From positions 2,688,001 to 2,752,000 of the forward strand of contig OY762492.1 of the NCBI GenBank assembly GCA_963665845.2: a stretch of DNA of 64,000 nucleotides, given 5' to 3'. Shown here in pieces: positions 58,491-64,000 of the stretch; the first letter of the stretch is position 1; every line of letters starts with the position of its first letter. This stretch comes from Candidatus Poribacteria bacterium (GTDB lineage Bacteria; Poribacteria; WGA-4E; GCA-2687025). The position numbers and the translations under genes are program-made. The notes below the pieces were generated by a model. It saw only the letters and a program-made list of their open reading frames with translations, was not told the DNA's origin and did no database searches.

Positions 58491-58985
58491 ATGAGCATCG
58501 CGTTTGCCGGCGTTTTGAAACTTCGGAGCGGGACGGACCGAGACGCTTTTTCGCTCAAGATGACGGCGACAGCGCTCGAATTCGGTTACGGACTGGCGTT
58601 TGAACCTGGCCAAAGCAATGACCGATGGGCGTTCGAAGCGGTTGAAAAGTTGGGCGGCAGAGAGGCGGCGCTCTTTTTTAAACCAACCAGCGAGCCGTGG
58701 GACATCAACATTGACGACGCCTTTACGGAAGAGATGTGGTCGCCGCTGGACTGGTCAAAGGTACAGTTCCCGACCTTTCTGCTGAAACTGTGGCAGCTGC
58801 CGGAGATTGAGGCGGCGCTGTTTGTTCGTTACAACAGCGATATGCATGACCTGAAAAAAGAGAGCGGACTTCCTCAGCCCGTCTCCATCTACAAAGCGAT
58901 GGAGGCGGTCGTCTCGGATTACTACGGTCCAGCGCGCCAATGGTACCTAGACAAAAGCAGCGCGGAGCCTGTCTGGCGCGGTTGA
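58491..58985 (+). CDS. hypothetical protein, paralogue B
   Basis: shares PLDW.K.QFPT.LL.LWQLP..EAA.F and PVSIYK with 57976-58479. Confidence 0.7.
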   Translation: MSIAFAGVLKLRSGTDRDAFSLKMTATALEFGYGLAFEPGQSNDRWAFEAVEKLGGREAALFFKPTSEPWDINIDDAFTEEMWSPLDWSKVQFPTFLLKLWQLPEIEAALFVRYNSDMHDLKKESGLPQPVSIYKAMEAVVSDYYGPARQWYLDKSSAEPVWRG

Positions 58986-59039
58986 CGCTTTGCGGCTTCT
59001 CAACCCCGTCGGCGCGAGTTGAGAAGCCGTCAAAGCGTC
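58984..59039. terminator. long hairpin between convergent genes
   Basis: GACGCTTTGCGGCTTCTCAAC ... GTTGAGAAGCCGTCAAAGCGTC. Confidence 0.6.
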
Positions 59040-59046
59040 GGCATGT

Positions 59047-59892
59047 TCATTCGCGGTGAGGTCGCGCCACCCCGACCCCGTCATCCTCAATGAGAGGGCG
59101 GTTGTAGATGTAAGGCGGCTCTAAGGTTGCCTGCTGCGCCTCCGTCAGCTCATGTACCCACTCCGGCAGCTTCGTATGGTAATAGCCGCCCGCGAAGTGC
59201 AGATACTTCGGCGAATAGCGCACCAGCAGCGACCGCCGCTCCCCTTCCGACACCCACGGCAGCGTCCCATGCAGCGTCGCCTCGTTGAAGATCACCAGGT
59301 CGCCCGCCTTGCACGGCACATTATAGACGATGTGCTGATACTCTTCCCATTCCCGTATCTTTTTTGGCAGCGGGATGTTCGACTTGTGGCTCCCGGGTAT
59401 GACGCACAGCCCGCCGTCCCCCTCGTTCACATCGGTCAGCTGGTATTGCATGACGATCATGCCGCACCGCATGACGCCGTTGCTGAACGCGTAGTACTGC
59501 GATCCGTCAAACACGCGCGCCGTTGACCCGTGAAGAACCAGCCCCTCGGTTCCCTTCGTCGAGTAAAGCAGGAACGGCGAATGGTCAATCTTCCAGCCGC
59601 GCCCATGCATCGTGTTGAGGTACGGCACCGCCTTCGGATGCGCGAGCATGTCGCGCCACGGCTGGCAATGCGGCTGGGGCCAGGTGAGCATCCCGTTGAA
59701 CATGCCCCGCTTGCGTCCGGCAAGCGTTTTCGACTCGCCCGTGTGGGAATTGCCGTCCTCAACCATGCGATCCATGTTCGCATCGAGAGAGGCGTTCAAC
59801 GCGCTCACTTCCTCTTCGGTCAGGAAGTTCGGCACATGCAGAAAACCCTGCAGGTCGAAGAGAAACTTTTCGGTTTCGTTCATCTGTATCAT
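59047..59892 (-). CDS. PhyH-family Fe(II)/2OG oxygenase (HxS variant)
   Basis: FDLQGFL, LHGS, LTDV..GDGG..VIPGSHK, KAGD..IFNE..LHGT.PW, RR.L..RY. Confidence 0.85.
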   Translation of the reverse strand: MIQMNETEKFLFDLQGFLHVPNFLTEEEVSALNASLDANMDRMVEDGNSHTGESKTLAGRKRGMFNGMLTWPQPHCQPWRDMLAHPKAVPYLNTMHGRGWKIDHSPFLLYSTKGTEGLVLHGSTARVFDGSQYYAFSNGVMRCGMIVMQYQLTDVNEGDGGLCVIPGSHKSNIPLPKKIREWEEYQHIVYNVPCKAGDLVIFNEATLHGTLPWVSEGERRSLLVRYSPKYLHFAGGYYHTKLPEWVHELTEAQQATLEPPYIYNRPLIEDDGVGVARPHRE

Positions 59893-59903
59893 GCGTTTTC
59901 TTT

Positions 59904-60542
59904 CTAGGCGCCTCCGCGCCTGTTTTCAGGTATGATGAGTATGCTGACGACGACGCCCTGTATGGTGGCGCCGTTCTCCGATTCGATTTCAATGTCGGGA
60001 TAATTCTTGCGGCTGTTTTCGGAGGCGAGCGCGCACCGCCCGCCCTCTTCTATGCGGAGCCGTTTGAGCGCGCTTTCGCCGTTGATGAGCGCCGCGACGA
60101 TGTCGCCGCTGCGCGCCTGCAGGTTCGGGTCGACGACGACGCGCGCTCCTTGCGGTATATGCGCGTCGATCATCGAGTCGCCCTTCACGGAAAGCACAAA
60201 ACGGCCTGGACGCCCGCCGAATTCCGACGGCCAAAGATGATGTCCGATCACATTCTGCGTCGCTTCATCCGGCGGTCCGGCGCGTATCCAGCCCAGTTCG
60301 GGCAGCAATGCGCCGTCGATCTCCTCAAACAGCGCGGACGGCGGCACCTCAAAATAGCGCGCCAGTTTCGGCAGCAGTTTCAACGGCGCCTGCTGATACG
60401 CGCCGCGCATGAGATTGGAAACGCGCTGCTGCGAGATGCCGAGCGCGTCCGCAATCTCGCGTTGAGGAATCGCCCGCCCCTCCTTCCGCCGCTTCCGCTC
60501 CACCAGTTCGCGTATGCGCATCTTCATCGTCCGCCTCTCCAT
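59904..60542 (-). CDS. XRE HTH + S24 peptidase (LexA/CI-like) repressor
   Basis: Q.EIA..LGISQ..VS HTH; Ala-Gly site (IRAG); V.GDSM and LKR catalytic motifs. Confidence 0.85.
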   Translation of the reverse strand: MERRTMKMRIRELVERKRRKEGRAIPQREIADALGISQQRVSNLMRGAYQQAPLKLLPKLARYFEVPPSALFEEIDGALLPELGWIRAGPPDEATQNVIGHHLWPSEFGGRPGRFVLSVKGDSMIDAHIPQGARVVVDPNLQARSGDIVAALINGESALKRLRIEEGGRCALASENSRKNYPDIEIESENGATIQGVVVSILIIPENRRGGA

Positions 60543-60589
60543 ACCGCCTTATCATAAAGGCGCCGGCGGAATTTGTAAAGCGCAACCTG

Positions 60590-60910
60590 CGCCTAAAATC
60601 CCCAGCCGCCCTTTTCAAGGGGAATCGGATGCGGCTCCCTACCCGCCGTCATTCCCGCGCAAACGGGAATCTTAGCCGTTTTCTGAACTAGGATTGCCAA
60701 GATTGAAAAGATTGCTAAGAGGATTCCTGTATATCGCTATCTTGGCAATCTTAATCATCCTTCCATCCTAGTTCAAAACCAAACGCGCCCCGCGCCTAAA
60801 CCCCCCAGCCCCCTTTTTCAAGGCGGGAATCGGATGCGGCGCCGCCGGTCGTTCCCCGCTTCCGCGAGGACATGCATTCCCGTGAAAACGGGAATCTTAG
60901 GCGCCGCAGA
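60590..60910. repeat. composite intergenic palindromic repeat
   Basis: two CCCCAGCC..TTTTCAAGG modules, GTCATTCCCG module and TGAACTAGGAT..ATCCTAGTTCA inverted repeat (60684-60775). Confidence 0.85.
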
Positions 60911-60972
60911 CGCCGTCCATATCAAATCTCCGATCCACATCATTGCATGGGAGTACTGCCGTCGGAGGTTGA

Positions 60973-61140
60973 CTGACCTTACGTCTTTAGTTGGGACATG
61001 TCGGCAGGTGAAAGCGGGCGGCCTCTAAGGCGCCTCTAGATTCCCGCTTACGCGGGAATGACGCCTCGCGGAGCGGAGGCTTTTCTACTGACCATCGCGG
61101 TTCGTTCATGACGATGTCCGAACTTTAGGCGTCAGGTCAG
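60973..61140. mobile_element. MITE-like element (family 1), 168 bp, with 7-bp target-site duplication
   Basis: TIRs CTGACCTTACGTCTTTAGTTGGGACA / CTGACCTGACGCCTAAAGTTCGGACA; AGGTTGA at 60966-60972 and 61141-61147. Confidence 0.8.
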
Positions 61141-61150
61141 AGGTTGAAGG

Positions 61151-61179
61151 TTGACAGCGCTGCCGACTTCAGATAGCAT
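61151..61179 (+). promoter_or_regulatory. putative sigma70 promoter of the pspA-like gene
   Basis: TTGACA-17 bp-TAGCAT. Confidence 0.5.
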
Positions 61180-61218
61180 ATATCCAGGTTGACGAGATTT
61201 GTTCAGAAGGAGAGGCGC

Positions 61219-62085
61219 ATGGCGAACATATTCGTTCGATTCTGGCGGTATATGACCGGCTGGATGCACGATGGCTTGTCGAAGGCGGAGGCGCAGCGGC
61301 CGGAAATTGTGTACAAGCAGGCGATCGAAGGACAGACGAAGCAGTATCAGCAGATGGAAGAAGCGGTAGCGGGTCTGGTGGCGAACCGAGCGCGGCTGGA
61401 CGACGACCTGAAAAAGGCGGAGGACAGCCTCATGGAGGTGCGTTCGGCGATAGATCATGCGATCGTCAGCGCGCAGGGCAGCGACAAAGAAGCCGCCGAA
61501 GAAGCGATCCTGGTCGGCTCCATGCTTCAAGAAGAAGAGGAAACGTTGGTACAGCGCATCCACCTGCTCACCGAAAGCAGAGATTCGGTGCGCGTCCAGG
61601 TGGACAACTACCAGGAGAAACTGGTCACGTTCCGGCACAGCATCAACAAGCTCCAGTCCGAAAGGGATGAGGCGGTTGCGCAAGCCCGCGTCGACAGGCA
61701 AACCGTCGAACTGAACCGGCAGCTGCAGGGCATGTCCACCGAAGGCGATATGCAGGCGCTGAACGAATTGCGCAACAACCTTGCGCGTCTTCGCGCCCAG
61801 GCGACCATGAGCGAGGAAATGCAAAGCGAATCGCTGGACTCGCGCATTAAAAAATACAAGAATGCGGTCAAATCTGACAGCGCAAAGGCGAAATTCCTGC
61901 AGCGGGTCGAAGAGTCCAAAGCGCTCGCTGCTGGAACCGCAAACGAGAGCGCAAGCGAAAGCAGCGGCGAAGGCGAAAGCGCCGGCGCAAGCGAATCCTC
62001 CGCATCGGAGGGGGCAAAAGAGCGCTTTCTCGAACGGGTCGAAGGCGCCTCTTCAGACGAGCCGAAGCCGCCCGCTACGGAGTAA
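61219..62085 (+). CDS. PspA/IM30 family protein
   Basis: N-terminal amphipathic helix (IFVRFWRYM), PE..Y.QAI, long coiled-coil. Confidence 0.75.
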   Translation: MANIFVRFWRYMTGWMHDGLSKAEAQRPEIVYKQAIEGQTKQYQQMEEAVAGLVANRARLDDDLKKAEDSLMEVRSAIDHAIVSAQGSDKEAAEEAILVGSMLQEEEETLVQRIHLLTESRDSVRVQVDNYQEKLVTFRHSINKLQSERDEAVAQARVDRQTVELNRQLQGMSTEGDMQALNELRNNLARLRAQATMSEEMQSESLDSRIKKYKNAVKSDSAKAKFLQRVEESKALAAGTANESASESSGEGESAGASESSASEGAKERFLERVEGASSDEPKPPATE

Positions 62086-63040
62086 AGCCCGCTGCCCGCA
62101 GTTTCGCCTCCGCCGCGCGCCAAACCCGCTCTGCCGTAAGCAGCTGCAGGCAGGCGTTGTTGCGGCAATGGTTGCGAAACTGCTTGCAGGGGCTGCATGC
62201 GATTGGTTCCCACAGGTTCGTATGCCTGTCGTTCAAGAGGCGGAACCGATCCCTGTTTCCAGGTCCGAAGAGCGCGATGGTCGGCGTTTGGACGGCGGCG
62301 GACAGGTGCATCGGTCCTGAATCGCATGTGATAAACAGGTCGCACTGCCGGATGACAGCGGCAAGCGTTCCAAGCGGCAGGTTTAGATATGCCCGCGCGC
62401 GCCCGTTCGTCAGCGCGGCGATGCGTTCGGTTCGCGCCCGTTCGTTCGTTCCGCCGACGACAATCGCGCCGCCGCCGAGCCTGTCCATGACGCGGTTGGC
62501 GATTTCGGCAAACCTGTCCGGCATCCACATGCGCATCTCCCAGCTGGCGCCGGGAAAAAAGCCTGTCAGCGGACGCGCGGCGCCTTCCAAGAGACGGCGC
62601 GCCTCCCGCTCCTGTTTTTCTGTTGTAAAAAATTCCATGTCGTCTTCTTCGCTCTCAACGCCGAGAGGAGCCAAAGCGTTCAGCGCTTCATGGGACGCAT
62701 GCGTCGTCTGCTCATGCGTTCGATCCCGCATGAGGCGGCGCGGTATGCCTGCCGCCCGCGCCAGCAAAACGGTCTTCCGCTTCCCATGCAGGTCGACCGA
62801 CAGATCAAACCGCTCCGCTCGAATCTGCTTCAAGGCGTTCATCGTTCCCTTCGCCCCTTTTTCAAGCGGGATGACCGCGTCCACGCGCGGGTTGTGCGCA
62901 TAAAGCGGCGCGTATCGGGCGTAGGTTAAAAAAACGATGCGCGCGTCCGGGAAGGCGCGCCGCGCGGCGCGCGCAGCGGGGGAGGTCAAAAGAACATCCC
63001 CCAGCGAACTGAGGCGCATGAAAAGAATGCGCTCCGCCAT
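62075..63040 (-). CDS. glycosyltransferase family 9 (LPS heptosyltransferase-like)
   Basis: RLSSLGDV, PGASW..R.W, DSGPMHL..A...PT.ALFGP, C-terminal Cys cluster. Confidence 0.9.
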   Translation of the reverse strand: MAERILFMRLSSLGDVLLTSPAARAARRAFPDARIVFLTYARYAPLYAHNPRVDAVIPLEKGAKGTMNALKQIRAERFDLSVDLHGKRKTVLLARAAGIPRRLMRDRTHEQTTHASHEALNALAPLGVESEEDDMEFFTTEKQEREARRLLEGAARPLTGFFPGASWEMRMWMPDRFAEIANRVMDRLGGGAIVVGGTNERARTERIAALTNGRARAYLNLPLGTLAAVIRQCDLFITCDSGPMHLSAAVQTPTIALFGPGNRDRFRLLNDRHTNLWEPIACSPCKQFRNHCRNNACLQLLTAERVWRAAEAKLRAAGFTP

Positions 63041-63702
63041 CAGAACTGAAACGAAAGAACGGCGGACTCGCGCCTCAACACAACCCGCGCGGTCCACATA
63101 CCTAAAAGCGCGCCCCCAAGCGTGTCGCTCGGATAATGCCGCCCCAGATAGACGCGGGAAAACCCGACCCCCGCCGCCAGCCCGTAAAAAAGCGGCTTCC
63201 ATTGCGGATAAACATGCGACATCGCCGCCGCCGCCGCAAAAGCGTTTGTCGTATGTCCAGACGGCATGGAGCGCCTGTCTTCAGGGTTCAGGGGGCGCGG
63301 CCGCCCGATGATCCGTTTGAACGCCTCCGAGGCGAGTCCCGCCGCGGCGTAGCTTGTCAACACAAGCCGCCCGGCGCGCCGCCCTTTAGGCGTCCCCCAT
63401 TCCGCCGCCGCCAGCGATCCTACCAGCAGAACGCGCCCGTCCCCCAGCTCATTCACGACCGACACCGCCCCGTCCAGCAGCGGCGCGCGCATCCCTTCAT
63501 GGACGGCGATGAACATGCGCCTGTCGAGCGAGGGCGCCTCTGGGTTCATGTCGCGCAGAATGAGCGCGCGCGTCCCAAAACCGACGCCGAGCAGCGTTCC
63601 CGCAAAGAGAGCCTTCTCTTCGTTTTTGGAAAGCGCGTTTGCCGTCGGCGCGGCGCATGCCAGCGCCATTAAGACGGCAAACGCGCGCAAAGCCGCTCTC
63701 AT
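63040..63702 (-). CDS. PAP2 family phosphatase
   Basis: K....R.RP, SMPSGH, SRVYLGRHYPSD. Confidence 0.9.
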   Translation of the reverse strand: MRAALRAFAVLMALACAAPTANALSKNEEKALFAGTLLGVGFGTRALILRDMNPEAPSLDRRMFIAVHEGMRAPLLDGAVSVVNELGDGRVLLVGSLAAAEWGTPKGRRAGRLVLTSYAAAGLASEAFKRIIGRPRPLNPEDRRSMPSGHTTNAFAAAAAMSHVYPQWKPLFYGLAAGVGFSRVYLGRHYPSDTLGGALLGMWTARVVLRRESAVLSFQF

Positions 63703-63707
63703 GCGGT

Positions 63708-64000
63708 CTATTTCAGTATCAGCAGCCTGCGCAGGGGCGTTCGCCGGCTGCCGGCGGCAATCTCCACAAAGTAAAGCCCGCTCGCCGCGATTTCGCCGAG
63801 GTCGTTTTTGCCGTCCCAGCGCGCCGCCCGGCTCTTCGTTTTATAAACGCCCGCCGGCAGCCGCCCCAGATCCAGCGTCCGCGCCAGCTGTCCGCGCGAG
63901 TCGTAGATGCGGACGCTCAACTCGCTCTCCGCGCCCAGCGCAAACGGTATCCATGCCTCTGGGTTGGACGGGTTCGGGAAAATCGGGAAGCTCTCCAGCG
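63708..64000 (-). CDS. 3' end of an exported protein with a FlgD-Ig / T9SS type A-like C-terminal domain (runs off the window)
   Basis: open frame to the window edge: FPNPSNPEAWIPF.L...SVRIYD..G.L.R.L.LG...AG.Y.....WDG.N..GE.AASG.YF. Confidence 0.8.
   Translation of the reverse strand, partial: LESFPIFPNPSNPEAWIPFALGAESELSVRIYDSRGQLARTLDLGRLPAGVYKTKSRAARWDGKNDLGEIAASGLYFVEIAAGSRRTPLRRLLILK

Noticed and set aside
59904-61140. Prophage or integrative element at the CI-like repressor
   Set aside because: No integrase, structural or replication genes nearby.

Overview
GC-rich bacterial chromosomal window. It is probably from Candidatus Poribacteria or a relative (inference from the C-terminal VDPAGK..WGALK tail, an FPNPSNPEAWIP FlgD/T9SS-like C-terminal domain, signal-peptide WD40 proteins starting LPDG.K.RIG.G, several PhyH dioxygenases, sulfatase-like and ankyrin proteins). 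Main content: (1) metabolic genes, including a frameshifted alkaline-phosphatase-superfamily gene, 3 PhyH dioxygenases, HADs, xylF, uxaC, purB, a mocA-like gene and an hxlB-like gene; (2) a TolC / long adaptor / ABC ATPase trio without a permease; (3) two WD40 genes; (4) an outer-membrane cassette of two beta-barrels bracketing three constant-variable-constant paralogues; (5) two DUF4139-like and two CPBP genes followed by an atypical type II secretion cluster (E,F,G,H,I,J,K,L/PilMN,M-like,C-like,D), with a 4x helix-hairpin-helix GspK and an elongated secretin carrying aromatic-rich low-complexity loops; (6) groES-groEL with a CIRCE-like operator, a LexA/CI-like repressor, pspA and LPS-related genes. 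The larger intergenic spaces are mosaics of palindromic modules, and two distinct MITE-like elements have visible terminal inverted repeats and target-site duplications. I saw no rRNA, tRNA, CRISPR array or transposase. All product calls come from motif recognition by eye; no database searches were run.
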